Source: an uncultured Gammaproteobacteria bacterium (GTDB lineage: Bacteria; Pseudomonadota; Gammaproteobacteria; Magnimaribacterales; TMED112). From it: a stretch of 64,000 bases of DNA. The stretch is from assembly GCA_913020145.1 (NCBI GenBank), contig CAJWAI010000001.1, positions 1,130 through 65,129 of the forward strand, in the 5' to 3' direction. A program made the position numbers and the translations under genes. Below the pieces are notes generated by a model, which did no database searches, had not been told where the DNA came from, and saw only the letters and a list, made by a program, of their open reading frames with translations. Below are positions 7,539-18,044 of the stretch, piece after piece (positions within the stretch are counted from its first letter, which is position 1; every line of letters begins with the position of its first letter).

Positions 7539-8818
7539 TAATTTACTCCAAAAATTGCTTTTAATATAACAAAGAAAATTATCGATAGAATAGCCCCGCC
7601 TGGGATCGTCACGAACCATGATGAGATTATCTCTACGACTGATTTATAATTTACTTTATTGCCACTAAAATAACCTATGCCCACTACTGCCCCAACTAAT
7701 GTGTGAGTCGTTGAAAGTGGAACACCAGAAATACTTCCAAAAAGAACTACTATAGCTGTAGACATTTCTGCAGCAAAGCCCTTGCTGGGTTTTAATTTAG
7801 TAATTTTTTCACCAATTGTTTTTATAACTTTATAACCAAGCGTTAACATTCCCAAAACTATACCAATTGCTCCTGTTAAAAGAACCCATTCAGGTACTAC
7901 TGACTTAGCTTCTATGGAACCTAAATTTTCTATTGTGTTTATGATGGCGGCCATTGGACCTACAGCATTTGCGACATCATTTGAACCATGAGCAAAAGCT
8001 ATTGAACACGCAGTGAATATCATTAATATAGCGAATTTTCCTTCAATATCAGGATTTTCAGATGTAGAAATATAATGAGATAAAAGCAGTCTAGAGACCA
8101 TATAACATAATAAAGCTGCTCCAAAGCTAAGGATAATAATTGCAGCCAAAATATCTAAATTACCAAATGTATTAGTGATCATTAAAGGAATATCTGTATT
8201 TACTAAGCTTTTATTTAAAGTCATTGCTGAAATTATAAAACCTACAAGACCTGCATAAATTGGTATATATTTTCTGCCAGACTCTAGAGGATTTTTTGAT
8301 TTGATGATCAATCTTTTTGCTGAATTATAAATTACGCCTGAGAGTAAGGCTGCAATCAAAGGTGTAATAATCCATGAAAATGTAATCCCACCGACATAAA
8401 CCCAGTTAACTGATCCCCATCCTATATAAAAGATTGAAAAACCAGCGATAGCACCAATAATAGAATGTGTAGTAGATACTGGAAGTCCGAATGCTGTTGC
8501 CAAAAGAAGCCATGCACCTGCGGCAAGAAGACTAGACATCATTCCCAACACAAAAATTGATGGATTATCCGAAAATGTTTCTGGAGCTACAATATTTTCC
8601 TTAATTGTTGTTGTAACTTCTGCTCCTGCTAAATAAGCACCAAGGAATTCGAAAATAGCTGCAATAACTAAAGCTTGAGTCAATGTTAATGCCTTACTTC
8701 CTACAGAGGTGCCCATAGCATTAGCGACATCATTTGCTCCGATACCATAAGCCATGAAACCACCAAAGATAAGGCTTGTAATAATTATTAAATAAAAGTT
8801 ATCTATTATGAATTCCAT
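7538..8818 (-). CDS. pit: Inorganic phosphate transporter, PiT family
   Basis: The duplicated GANDVANA signature is present (GIGANDVANAMGTSVG and HGSNDVANAVGP). The protein is polytopic and 426 aa long. Confidence 0.92.
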   Translation of the reverse strand: MEFIIDNFYLIIITSLIFGGFMAYGIGANDVANAMGTSVGSKALTLTQALVIAAIFEFLGAYLAGAEVTTTIKENIVAPETFSDNPSIFVLGMMSSLLAAGAWLLLATAFGLPVSTTHSIIGAIAGFSIFYIGWGSVNWVYVGGITFSWIITPLIAALLSGVIYNSAKRLIIKSKNPLESGRKYIPIYAGLVGFIISAMTLNKSLVNTDIPLMITNTFGNLDILAAIIILSFGAALLCYMVSRLLLSHYISTSENPDIEGKFAILMIFTACSIAFAHGSNDVANAVGPMAAIINTIENLGSIEAKSVVPEWVLLTGAIGIVLGMLTLGYKVIKTIGEKITKLKPSKGFAAEMSTAIVVLFGSISGVPLSTTHTLVGAVVGIGYFSGNKVNYKSVVEIISSWFVTIPGGAILSIIFFVILKAIFGVN

Positions 8819-8853
8819 AATTCTCTAAGTAAGAATAATAGTAACTGATAAAC

Positions 8854-10662
8854 TTAATCGTGCAAGAAACTTTTAAGAACGTCGGATCTTGAAGGGTGTC
8901 TTAATTTTCTTAATGCTTTGGCTTCAATTTGCCTGATTCTTTCTCTGGTGACGTCAAACTGTTTCCCCACCTCTTCGAGAGTATGATCATTATTCATACC
9001 AATACCAAATCGCATTCTTAAAACTTTTGCTTCTCTAGCTGTTAATGAAGCCAGAATTTCATCAGTAGAATCTTTAAGACTTCTGATTGAAGCATCATCT
9101 ATTGGAGAATTAATTGATGAATCCTCAAGAAAATCTCCTAGATTTGAATCCTCATCATCACCTATTGGTGTTTCCATAGAAATAGGTTCTTTGGCTATCT
9201 TCATAACCTTCCTCATTTTATCTTCTGGTATATCAAGTCGTTTAGACATTTCTTCAGGAGTAGGCTCTCTGCCAATCTCTTGCATCATTTGTCTTGATAA
9301 TCTATTTAGTTTATTGATTGTTTCTATCATATGAACAGGAATCCTGATTGTTCTAGCTTGATCAGCAATTGACCTTGTAATTGCCTGTCTTATCCACCAT
9401 GTTGCATAGGTTGAAAATTTATACCCTCTTCTATATTCAAACTTATCAACTGCTTTCATTAAACCAATATTTCCTTCCTGTATTAAATCTAAGAACTGAA
9501 GTCCTCTATTGGTATATTTCTTGGCAATTGATATAACCAGCCTGAGGTTTGCTTCAATCATTTCTTTCTTAGCTCTTAAAAGTCCTCTATATGCCTTATT
9601 TATTCTTTTATTTAAAGAAAGAATTTGAGTGACGGGCATTAAGTTATTTTCATCTATTTTTATTAAATCTTTTTGTATTCTGATGAAGGTAGGTTTGATC
9701 TCTTCTACGTCTTTTTTCTTAAATCTTCGATCTTTAGCAATCTTTGTTAAAAGTCTGGTATTAATTAAATTTGCATCTATTAATTCTCTTATTTCTTTAT
9801 TTGGCACTCCAATAGACTTAAGTAACTTTTTCAACTCTCTTTCGAAACCACCAACTAAAAATCTCTTCTCGCCTGGTATCTCGACTAAAGTATCAAATAC
9901 TTTTGAGTTAAATTTTATATGTTGAAATTCTAACTTAAGTCTATCTAAAGCTTTTTGACCTTTAGTATCTAATTTATTGTTGCTAAGTGATTTTAGATAT
10001 CTGTTGTATTCTCTTTTTATAATTCTTATTTTGCTTGCACACTCTTCGAAAGATACTGCTGTAACTTCTTCTTCCTCTTCTTCATTATCATTTTCTACAA
10101 ATTCCTCTTCAACAACATCTTCCACTGGATCATCAATCATAAATCCTGAAATTAAATCTTGAGTCTTCTTTTCTCCAATTTTTATCCTGTCAAAAAAGTC
10201 TAAAACGTATTCAATACATAGAGGGTACTCTGCGCATAGTGCAAGAACTTCTTTCATTGCACTTTCTATTCTTTTTGCGATGTCTATCTCGCCAGTTTTA
10301 GTCAGAAGATCTACACTACCCATTTCTCTCATATACATTCTTACAGGATCGGTAGTTCTACCTGATTCTATTTCTGTTTGAGAAAGTGCTGCGACAGCAT
10401 CTTCTGCTGCAACATCATCAGTTTCTTCATCCTCACCAAGCATTAATTCATCTTCATCTGGAGTGTCTTCAAAAACTTTAATGCCCATATCTTTGAGGAC
10501 TTGAACTATTTCTTCAAAATTATCTGCATCAGTAGAGCCATCAGGTAAAGTATCTGTAATATCGGCATGTGTTAAATATCCCTGGTCTTTTGCAAGCTGA
10601 ATTAGTTGTGCAATATCAGTAGATGCATTGCTTTTTTCTATTGGGTTGGTTTTTTCTGCCAT
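8854..10662 (-). CDS. rpoD: RNA polymerase primary sigma factor
   Basis: Region 2-4 motifs are conserved: [57 protein letters not shown] and [20 protein letters not shown]. An acidic spacer is present and the gene lies downstream of dnaG. Confidence 0.97.
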   Translation of the reverse strand: MAEKTNPIEKSNASTDIAQLIQLAKDQGYLTHADITDTLPDGSTDADNFEEIVQVLKDMGIKVFEDTPDEDELMLGEDEETDDVAAEDAVAALSQTEIESGRTTDPVRMYMREMGSVDLLTKTGEIDIAKRIESAMKEVLALCAEYPLCIEYVLDFFDRIKIGEKKTQDLISGFMIDDPVEDVVEEEFVENDNEEEEEEVTAVSFEECASKIRIIKREYNRYLKSLSNNKLDTKGQKALDRLKLEFQHIKFNSKVFDTLVEIPGEKRFLVGGFERELKKLLKSIGVPNKEIRELIDANLINTRLLTKIAKDRRFKKKDVEEIKPTFIRIQKDLIKIDENNLMPVTQILSLNKRINKAYRGLLRAKKEMIEANLRLVISIAKKYTNRGLQFLDLIQEGNIGLMKAVDKFEYRRGYKFSTYATWWIRQAITRSIADQARTIRIPVHMIETINKLNRLSRQMMQEIGREPTPEEMSKRLDIPEDKMRKVMKIAKEPISMETPIGDDEDSNLGDFLEDSSINSPIDDASIRSLKDSTDEILASLTAREAKVLRMRFGIGMNNDHTLEEVGKQFDVTRERIRQIEAKALRKLRHPSRSDVLKSFLHD

Positions 10663-10693
10663 GCGTCTCTATATACTAATTAAATTCTAAATA

Positions 10694-12439
10694 TCAACTA
10701 TAAGTATTTAGAAATTTTATAAGTTCCTCTTCCTGAACTGAGTTATTATCACTCAAATTTAACAATTTTTGCAGATTTTCTTTTCTTTCTGCGGTTAATT
10801 CCCTTTTTTCCGCCAATTTTTTTAAATATTCTAAAAATGATTTATCAGACTCTAATCTAATACTATCAGTAGCCCTGTTAAATTCATTTAGGACTTCCTC
10901 ATTAGATAAATTCATATCTATCATCATAGCCTTTGCATATATTGAGTACTCCTTATGCGCTTTATCACCCTTAGATATTGATATTATTGTTTCCTTTAGA
11001 TCATTTAATACATCATTTGTATTGGCAAGTAAAAAGCTTTCAAATGATTTAGAAGAATCTTTAATTATTTCATAAAAATTTTCATATAAATAAATGATGA
11101 GGCAAGATTGATTATCAAAATATAATTTTTCTTTCTTATTAGTTAAAGGTTTAGTAATTTTCTTTTTTGGTGCATCTTGACTAAGTAATAGCTCTTTTTT
11201 CATATTGAGTTCTTTTGAAAATTTTTGTAGAAGAGTTTCTTTTAGAGTCTCTGACTTAGTAGCTTCTATTATTTTTTTAAAGTCAAAAATAATTAATCTG
11301 ACATCTTCAGGTGAATCTACATTTCTACCTCTTTTAAGAAACTGATAAACAAAAGTTTCAATTACCATCGATCTTTCAATTTTTTTCAAAAATGCTTCTT
11401 GTCCATTTTCTTTTACAAAAGAATCTGGATCCTCTCCTTCAGGAAGAAATAAGAATCTGACTGTTTTATCATCAAATACTTGTGCAAGAGATATTTGTAA
11501 AGATCTCCAAGCTGCTTTAAGCCCTGCTTCATCTGAATCAAAGCAAAAAACTATTTTTCTTTTTAATTTAAATAATTTCTGTAAATGGCTCAAAGAGAAA
11601 GCTGTACCTAAAGATGCCACAGAATTTTCTATTCCATGCTGTGAAAGCATAACAACATCCATATAACCTTCTGTAACTATGAAAAAATCATATTTGTGAC
11701 TTTGTTTTGCAGAATCGAAACCATAAAGCTCTCTAGACTTGTTAAAAAACTTACTATCTTTTGAATTGAGATACTTAGGCATTGAGTCATCTATGGTCCT
11801 ACCACCAAAACCAATAATCTTTCCAGTAGAATTTTTGATTGGGAACATTAATCGATTTCTAAAAAATGGGTACATTCCTTTTTCATTTTTTAGGAAGTTT
11901 CCACTTTTCAGTAGTGTCGCTTCACTAAATTGGTCAATTAATTTTTTCTTTAGTTCCTTTTGATTGAAGTCTGCATATCCGATTAAGAACTTCTTTGCAG
12001 TACTTCCCGATAGGCCTCTTTGTTTTAAGTACTCGACTACATGCTTGTTTTTCTTATCCTTTAAAGCTGCAAGATAATGATCAGCTAAAATCCGATTGAG
12101 TTGATAAATATTTGAGTAATCTTCAGAATTAGATTTTGATTCTCTAGGAACAGTGACATTATTCATTTCTGCTAATTTTTCTACTGCTTCTACAAAGCTT
12201 AATCCTTCATATTCTTGAATAAATGTAAGTACATTCCCGCCTCTCCCACAACCAAAACAATGGTATATAGATTTTTGAGGGCTTACTGTAAAAGATCCGG
12301 TTTTTTCTTCATGAAATGGACATCTGCAAACATAATTATTGCCTTTCTTATTAAGATCTAAATAAGCGCCTAAGACTGAAACAATATCTGAATCACTGAC
12401 AAGCCTATCAATAAAATCTCTTGGTATTAAATTAGGCAT
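10694..12439 (-). CDS. dnaG: DNA primase
   Basis: The zinc ribbon is CPFHEEKTGSFTVSPQKSIYHCFGCGRGG and the TOPRIM motif is VTEGYMDV. The gene sits upstream of rpoD. Confidence 0.95.
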   Translation of the reverse strand: MPNLIPRDFIDRLVSDSDIVSVLGAYLDLNKKGNNYVCRCPFHEEKTGSFTVSPQKSIYHCFGCGRGGNVLTFIQEYEGLSFVEAVEKLAEMNNVTVPRESKSNSEDYSNIYQLNRILADHYLAALKDKKNKHVVEYLKQRGLSGSTAKKFLIGYADFNQKELKKKLIDQFSEATLLKSGNFLKNEKGMYPFFRNRLMFPIKNSTGKIIGFGGRTIDDSMPKYLNSKDSKFFNKSRELYGFDSAKQSHKYDFFIVTEGYMDVVMLSQHGIENSVASLGTAFSLSHLQKLFKLKRKIVFCFDSDEAGLKAAWRSLQISLAQVFDDKTVRFLFLPEGEDPDSFVKENGQEAFLKKIERSMVIETFVYQFLKRGRNVDSPEDVRLIIFDFKKIIEATKSETLKETLLQKFSKELNMKKELLLSQDAPKKKITKPLTNKKEKLYFDNQSCLIIYLYENFYEIIKDSSKSFESFLLANTNDVLNDLKETIISISKGDKAHKEYSIYAKAMMIDMNLSNEEVLNEFNRATDSIRLESDKSFLEYLKKLAEKRELTAERKENLQKLLNLSDNNSVQEEELIKFLNTYS

Positions 12440-12845
12440 TTTTTTGATTAAACCATTCTTCGAATATTAATACTGCAGAATATGAATCATAATCTCGCTT
12501 CTTCTTATCTTTGCTTACTGCTTGACTTGTAAAGTCTTCATTTACTTCGATAATGCTGATTTTATACCTTTCTTCAAATTTCTTATAAAAAATTTTATAT
12601 GCTTTTTTAAAATCTTCTCTCATTTCCTTTGGTTTCCCAACAATACAAAAATTAGGAAGCCATTCATTTATAACCTTATCTAAATTGTCAAATAAATGAT
12701 CATCATTCTTTAATACTGGTAATGGAGAGCTTTGTCCCGTATAAGTTTCTGCAATGCAGATTCCAACTTTTTTTGTTCCAAAGTCTAAACTAAGCACTAC
12801 ACTCGCCTGTTTATTCAAATCTAACCCTCTACGAGATTGTTCCAA
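12432..12845 (-). CDS. ruvX: YqgF/RuvX-family putative pre-16S rRNA nuclease
   Basis: The motif LSLDFGTKKVGICIAE is present and the position after gshB matches E. coli. The start is uncertain: a GTG at 12797 would remove the 25-nt overlap with gshB. Confidence 0.8.
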   Translation of the reverse strand: MEQSRRGLDLNKQASVVLSLDFGTKKVGICIAETYTGQSSPLPVLKNDDHLFDNLDKVINEWLPNFCIVGKPKEMREDFKKAYKIFYKKFEERYKISIIEVNEDFTSQAVSKDKKKRDYDSYSAVLIFEEWFNQKNA

Positions 12846-13750
12846 AAAATTTCTGCAGGATTTATTTCTGATCCTCTATGGATTTCTTGCAAGCATGTTG
12901 GAGATGTAAGATTAATCTCTGATAGTTTATCTCCTAACATGTCAGCTCCAGCAAAATAAATTTTATTTTCTTTTAGATAGGGAATAATTTTTGATGCTAT
13001 CTTCCTATCTAAATCAGTAATATCTTCTACTTTTGATGTTGCTCCAACTGCAAGGTTTCCACGAAAGTCACTATCTGAGGCTAAGCGAACAAGTTTCTTT
13101 GGCAGGAGTTCGTAGTTAATGAAAGTAAGCCTATTATCACCATCTACAGCTGCATCAACAAACTCTTGTGCAATGATATGTTTCCTCCCTCCTTGTGTGA
13201 TAGTTTCCCAAATGACATTAAGATTCTTATCATCTTTATTAATAAAAAATATAGATTTTCCTCCCATCCCATCAAGTGGCTTAAGCACTACTTTCTTAAA
13301 GCCTTGATCAAAAATAGTTTTAATCTCTTCTAGTGAGTTAGTAACTTTTGTATAGGGTATTAATTCTGGAAAATTAAGAATTATAAGTTTCTCATTATTT
13401 TCTCTTAAAGATTTTGCTGAGTTAACACAATCTACTCCGGATAATTCAAGAAGTTGTGTTAAATAAAGGTACTCTTTATTAAATGGCGGATTAACTCTAT
13501 TAATCACATAACTGAAATCTTTAATTTTTGTATCCTTACGATTTTCTAGAGTAAATTTGAGATCATTAGGATTATCAAACTGAACTTTAGCTGAATCTGC
13601 GTAAAGATCATTATTTTTGTATGTGACATTACACACATCAAAAATCCTTACTTCATGACCACGATCAAAGGCTCCCTTCATTAGATATACAGAAGTGTCT
13701 TTCTTGAGATCCATTGAATCTAGATCATTGATAATAAAACCTACTTTCAT
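12821..13750 (-). CDS. gshB: Glutathione synthetase (ATP-grasp)
   Basis: It is colinear with E. coli GshB through KPLDGMGGKSIF, GDNRL, RGNLAVG and INLTSPTC. Confidence 0.93.
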   Translation of the reverse strand: MKVGFIINDLDSMDLKKDTSVYLMKGAFDRGHEVRIFDVCNVTYKNNDLYADSAKVQFDNPNDLKFTLENRKDTKIKDFSYVINRVNPPFNKEYLYLTQLLELSGVDCVNSAKSLRENNEKLIILNFPELIPYTKVTNSLEEIKTIFDQGFKKVVLKPLDGMGGKSIFFINKDDKNLNVIWETITQGGRKHIIAQEFVDAAVDGDNRLTFINYELLPKKLVRLASDSDFRGNLAVGATSKVEDITDLDRKIASKIIPYLKENKIYFAGADMLGDKLSEINLTSPTCLQEIHRGSEINPAEIFWNNLVEG

Positions 13751-13754
13751 TTTT

Positions 13755-14438
13755 CTAAAAATTTATCCTTGATAAAGCCACTATTGGAGCAGTCTCAGCT
13801 CTAAGTATATTTTCACCTAAATTAAAAAAAGTTGCTTGATTTTCTGAAAGAAAATCTATTTCTGAGCTATCGAAACCAAATTCTCCTCCTGAAATCATTA
13901 AGTCGCAATCTATGTTTAATCCTAGTGTCTTTTCAGCATTTTGGTCTAAAACTATAGTTTTTTTAAAGTTATCCATGCTAAATGAGCATAATGAATCTAT
14001 AAAAGAAATTGTAGGTAGATAAAAGTTTTCTGACTGTAAAAAAGCAGATGTAATTATTTCCTTATACCTTTCAGTTTTTCCTAATTCTTTTTCCAAATTA
14101 TATTGGTCTTTACTTTTGGCAGAAACATAACAAACTATATTTTTAACACCTATTTCCACCATTTTCTGTAATTGAAACTCAAATTTTGCTTTCTTGAGAA
14201 TAGGAACAAGAGTTGTTACTTCAAACTTTCTCTTCTGATTTTCTTTTTGAATTATTTTTATTGTGCTTTCACCATTAAATATAGCTAAATTTTTATTTCC
14301 TTGGCCATCATATATATGAATATGCTCACCATCTTTAATTTTGAGTACTTTTTTCAAATAATGTATTTGACTATTGTCTAAAAAATGATCAATATTTTCT
14401 TCTAGTTTTTTTTTGAGGAAGATTGAAGCTGTTTTCAT
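13755..14438 (-). CDS. rsmE: 16S rRNA (uracil1498-N3)-methyltransferase
   Basis: The length is right for the RsmE family, the C-terminal LRAETAP motif is present, and rsmE-gshB synteny is conserved. Confidence 0.8.
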   Translation of the reverse strand: MKTASIFLKKKLEENIDHFLDNSQIHYLKKVLKIKDGEHIHIYDGQGNKNLAIFNGESTIKIIQKENQKRKFEVTTLVPILKKAKFEFQLQKMVEIGVKNIVCYVSAKSKDQYNLEKELGKTERYKEIITSAFLQSENFYLPTISFIDSLCSFSMDNFKKTIVLDQNAEKTLGLNIDCDLMISGGEFGFDSSEIDFLSENQATFFNLGENILRAETAPIVALSRINF

Positions 14439-14463
14439 TACGAGCGGAAATTATATCATTTAG

Positions 14464-14715
14464 ATGTCGACAAAGTTTAATACAAAGAAGAGAAGTCTTA
14501 GGACTGAAGTTAAAAGAGCTATCAAAAGATATTATCGAAATCTTGATGGGCAGAATCCAATTGAGTTATATAATCTTACATTAAGCCAAATAGAACCACC
14601 TCTTCTGGAAGTAGTATTAAAAAAGTGTAGAGGCAATCAATCCCAAGCAAGTAAAATACTCGGACTAAATCGAGGCACGCTAAGAAAAAAGATGGCTAAA
14701 TATGGATTGTTGTAA
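14464..14715 (+). CDS. fis: DNA-binding protein Fis
   Basis: The C-terminal HTH motif is RGNQSQASKILGLNRGTLRKKMAKYGL. The gene lies upstream of purH-purD, as in Pseudomonas. Confidence 0.9.
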   Translation: MSTKFNTKKRSLRTEVKRAIKRYYRNLDGQNPIELYNLTLSQIEPPLLEVVLKKCRGNQSQASKILGLNRGTLRKKMAKYGLL

Positions 14716-16196
14716 TGATAAAAATTAAAACTGCTCTTTTAAGTGTTTATGACAAAACAGGCATACTTGAGCTTGCAGAATTTCTAGCTACAAATAATGT
14801 TGAAATACTATCTTCAGGAGGCACAGCCAAACACCTTATAAAAAATGGTATTGAAGTAACAGAAGTATCAGATTACACAGGTTCTCCTGAAATGTTCGAT
14901 GGTAGAGTTAAAACTCTACACCCTAAGATACATGCAGGCATTCTTGCTCGCGGTGAAAAAGACAGAAAAGAATTAGAAGAATTTGGAGCTAAAAAAATAG
15001 ATCTTGTTGTAGTCAATTTATATCCTTTTTCAGAAGAGGTGGCTAAAGATTCTTCAGAACAAGGAATCATTGAAAAGATAGATATTGGTGGTCCAGCTAT
15101 GCTTAGAGCAGCCGCAAAGAACTTCAAACATACACTAGCTATATGTAATCCAGAGGATTATGGACTAATTAAAACTGATGGTATTGATGAAGAAGATTCA
15201 AAAGATTTTGCATCGGAAGTGTTTGTTGCCACTCAACAATATGATCTAGATATCGCATGTTGGCTAAGTAAAATATCAGACCCTGTTGAAATAGATTTAA
15301 GGTATGGTGAAAATCCACATCAAAGCGCAGATTTTTTTGTCGAAGAAGAATGCCCTATTGATTTTAAAAGACCCATACAAGGTAAACAAATATCATATAA
15401 CAATGTAGTTGATGCATTATCTGCATGGTCATGTTGTGCTGAATTTGAGGATCCAACTGTTTGTATTGTAAAACATACAAATCCATGTGGTGTTGCCTCA
15501 GCTAATGACTTACAAAAAGCATATGATAAAGCCTTCTCTACTGATCCAACATCTGCATTTGGTGGTGTTATAGCACTAAATAAAATTGCTACTGAAGATG
15601 TTATTAAAAAAATGATGGATAATCAGTTCATAGAAGTTCTTGTTGCGCCTGATTTTGATAAAGCCGCAAAAAAATTACTAAAAGCAAAACCAAATATCAG
15701 GGTTCTTAAGGCTCAAATAGTGAACCCCGTTACAAAAGAGTTGAAATCTTTTTCTGGGGCATACTTGTCTCAAGAAGTCGACAATGTTGATTTCTCTAAA
15801 ATTAAGTTAAAAACAGTATCACAAGAAAAGCCTGATAAAACTGATTTAAAAGATATGATTTTTGCTCTTAAAGTTGCAAAACATGTGAAATCAAATGCAA
15901 TTGTCATTGCCAAGGATCAAATGACTCTCGGTATTGGAGCTGGACAAATGAGCAGAGTGATTAGTACAAAAATAGCATTCATGAAAGCAGAAGAGGAAGG
16001 TCTCGACTCTAAGGATTGTGTCTTAGCTTCTGATGCTTTCTTTCCTTTTCGAGATAATATTGATCTAGCTGCTGAAAAAGGCGTAAAACATATCATTCAG
16101 CCAGGTGGTTCAGTTAAAGATGATGAGGTGATTAAGGCAGCAGATGAACATAAGATATCTATGACTATGACAGGAGTTAGGCACTTTAAGCATTAA
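14715..16196 (+). CDS. purH: Bifunctional AICAR transformylase / IMP cyclohydrolase
   Basis: Motifs include ALLSVYDKTGI, GRVKTLHPKIH, NLYPF and MTGVRHFKH at the C-terminus. The start is coupled to fis through a TAATG overlap. Confidence 0.96.
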   Translation: MIKIKTALLSVYDKTGILELAEFLATNNVEILSSGGTAKHLIKNGIEVTEVSDYTGSPEMFDGRVKTLHPKIHAGILARGEKDRKELEEFGAKKIDLVVVNLYPFSEEVAKDSSEQGIIEKIDIGGPAMLRAAAKNFKHTLAICNPEDYGLIKTDGIDEEDSKDFASEVFVATQQYDLDIACWLSKISDPVEIDLRYGENPHQSADFFVEEECPIDFKRPIQGKQISYNNVVDALSAWSCCAEFEDPTVCIVKHTNPCGVASANDLQKAYDKAFSTDPTSAFGGVIALNKIATEDVIKKMMDNQFIEVLVAPDFDKAAKKLLKAKPNIRVLKAQIVNPVTKELKSFSGAYLSQEVDNVDFSKIKLKTVSQEKPDKTDLKDMIFALKVAKHVKSNAIVIAKDQMTLGIGAGQMSRVISTKIAFMKAEEEGLDSKDCVLASDAFFPFRDNIDLAAEKGVKHIIQPGGSVKDDEVIKAADEHKISMTMTGVRHFKH

Positions 16197-17452
16197 TGAA
16201 TATTTTAGTTATAGGTCAAGGTGGTAGAGAACATGCGATTGCATGGAAGTTACAAAAATCAGAAAAAGTTACTGAAGTTTTTGTAGCTCCAGGTAATGGA
16301 GGAACTGAATTAGAAGCTAGATGTACTAATGTAGATATTTCTTCTGATGATTTTCCAATGATTAAATCATTTGTTGAACAGAATAGTATTGAATTAGTAG
16401 TTGTTGGTCCTGAGGGTCCATTAGTAAATGGTATAAAAGATTATTTATCAGATTCTAATATTCTTGTCTTTGGTCCTGATGCTGAAGGAGCACAACTTGA
16501 AGGCTCAAAAATTTTTTCTAAAGAATTTTTATTTGAGAACAATATACCAACTGGAGAAGCAGTATTTTTTTCATCATCAAATAAAGCGCTAGATTATCTT
16601 GAAAAATCTAATTTTCCCATAGTCTTAAAAGCCGATGGATTGGCTGCTGGTAAAGGAGTTTTAGTTACTAATGAATTAGAAGAAGCGAAGAACTGGATTA
16701 AGGAAGTTATGGTGGACTCTAAATTTGGAGTTGCAGGTAAAAATATTCTTATTGAAGAATGTTTATTTGGTACTGAACTTAGTTTTATGGGTATATTAAC
16801 CCCTGATTTTTTCATTCCATTTGAAACTAGCATTGATTACAAACCGCTCTATGAAGGCAATAAAGGTCCAAATACTGGAGGTATGGGCTGTATGTCTCCC
16901 TCTCCTTTCATGAATGAAGATTTAAAAAATAATATTATAGATACAGTTGTGAAGCCGACAATATCTGGATTAAAAAATAAAGGAATTAACTATTATGGTT
17001 TTATGTATTTTGGCTTAATGGTAAAAGACAATGTTTCTAAGGTTCTAGAATTTAATTGTCGTTTGGGCGATCCTGAGACTCAATGCTTAATGATGCAAAT
17101 GGAATCAGATCTTTTAGATGCTATTTTGCAAGCTTTGAATGGAGAAGAACCGAAAATTACATGGAAGGATGGAGCAACAATGGGCGTAGTAATAGCTTCA
17201 GGAGGTTATCCAAATTCATATAAAAATAGGGTTCCGATAAATATTGGTGCACTTAAAAATGGAAAGCTATTTCATGCTGGAACAAAATCTATAGATGGTA
17301 AGTTAGTGACTAATGGCGGTAGAGTTTTTTCATTAAACTACTCTTCAGATTCTATGGATGACTGTAAAAGATATATTTACGATAATATTGGAGAAGTAAA
17401 TTTTAATGGCATGACCTTTAGAAAAGATATTGGAGAAATTTATGAGTCTTAA
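16196..17452 (+). CDS. purD: Phosphoribosylamine-glycine ligase
   Basis: Motifs include MNILVIGQGGREHAIAWKL, ADGLAAGKGV and EFNCRLGDPE. Confidence 0.96.
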   Translation: MNILVIGQGGREHAIAWKLQKSEKVTEVFVAPGNGGTELEARCTNVDISSDDFPMIKSFVEQNSIELVVVGPEGPLVNGIKDYLSDSNILVFGPDAEGAQLEGSKIFSKEFLFENNIPTGEAVFFSSSNKALDYLEKSNFPIVLKADGLAAGKGVLVTNELEEAKNWIKEVMVDSKFGVAGKNILIEECLFGTELSFMGILTPDFFIPFETSIDYKPLYEGNKGPNTGGMGCMSPSPFMNEDLKNNIIDTVVKPTISGLKNKGINYYGFMYFGLMVKDNVSKVLEFNCRLGDPETQCLMMQMESDLLDAILQALNGEEPKITWKDGATMGVVIASGGYPNSYKNRVPINIGALKNGKLFHAGTKSIDGKLVTNGGRVFSLNYSSDSMDDCKRYIYDNIGEVNFNGMTFRKDIGEIYES

Positions 17453-18044
17453 CGATAAAATTGCAAATGAACTCAATCATTTCTTAAAAATTATTACATA
17501 CAAAGATAATGCAGAGGCTGATGAAAGCCTTTCTAAATCAGATAAAGAAAAATCAATCTCATTGATGAGAGTGAATGCTTCTGGTGAAGTGTCGGCACAA
17601 GCACTTTATAGAGGTCAGGCATTCTTCTCTAAGACCCCAGAAGTAAAAGAGCATCTAATAAAAGCAGGTGATGAAGAATTTGCTCATTTAGAGTGGTGCA
17701 CTAAAAGACTTGAAGAGTTAGGGGGTAAAAAATCTTTACTTGATCCATTTTATTATGCAGGATCATTTACTCTTGGTTCGGTAGCAGCTTTAATTGGTGA
17801 TGGGACTAGTTTGGGTTTTGTAGAAGAGACTGAGAAGCAAGTAGTTGAACACTTGAGGAGACACCTAAAAGAAATGTCGCCTGATGATAAAAAGAGCAGA
17901 GAGATATTAGAAAGAATGCTTGAAGAAGAAGAGATTCATGGGCAAGAAGCCAAAGACCATGGAAGTATGGACCTGCCTGCACCGGTAAAAGGAATGATGA
18001 CAGTAACTTCTAAAATAATGACAACATTAAGTAGATATATTTAA
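17430..18044 (+). CDS. coq7: Demethoxyubiquinone hydroxylase, Coq7 (di-iron) family
   Basis: Coq7-type motifs are present: MRVNASGEVSAQALYRGQ, EEFAHLEW and EEEEIHG. Confidence 0.85.
   Translation: MEKFMSLNDKIANELNHFLKIITYKDNAEADESLSKSDKEKSISLMRVNASGEVSAQALYRGQAFFSKTPEVKEHLIKAGDEEFAHLEWCTKRLEELGGKKSLLDPFYYAGSFTLGSVAALIGDGTSLGFVEETEKQVVEHLRRHLKEMSPDDKKSREILERMLEEEEIHGQEAKDHGSMDLPAPVKGMMTVTSKIMTTLSRYI

Noticed and set aside
7539-7619. The 27-codon N-terminal extension of the 189-aa track ORF (MVRDDPRRGYSIDNF…), overlapping the pit 3' end
   Set aside because: The internal ATG at 7538 forms the TAATG stop/start junction typical of this genome. The extension is not hydrophobic or signal-like and would need an 82-nt overlap with pit.
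558-8818. The tRNA-adjacent signalling cluster as a tRNA-integrated genomic island
   Set aside because: The cluster lies on the 5' side of the tRNA, whereas islands insert at the 3' end. I saw no direct repeat of the tRNA 3' end and no integrase. On the other side the block runs without a break into rpoD and dnaG.
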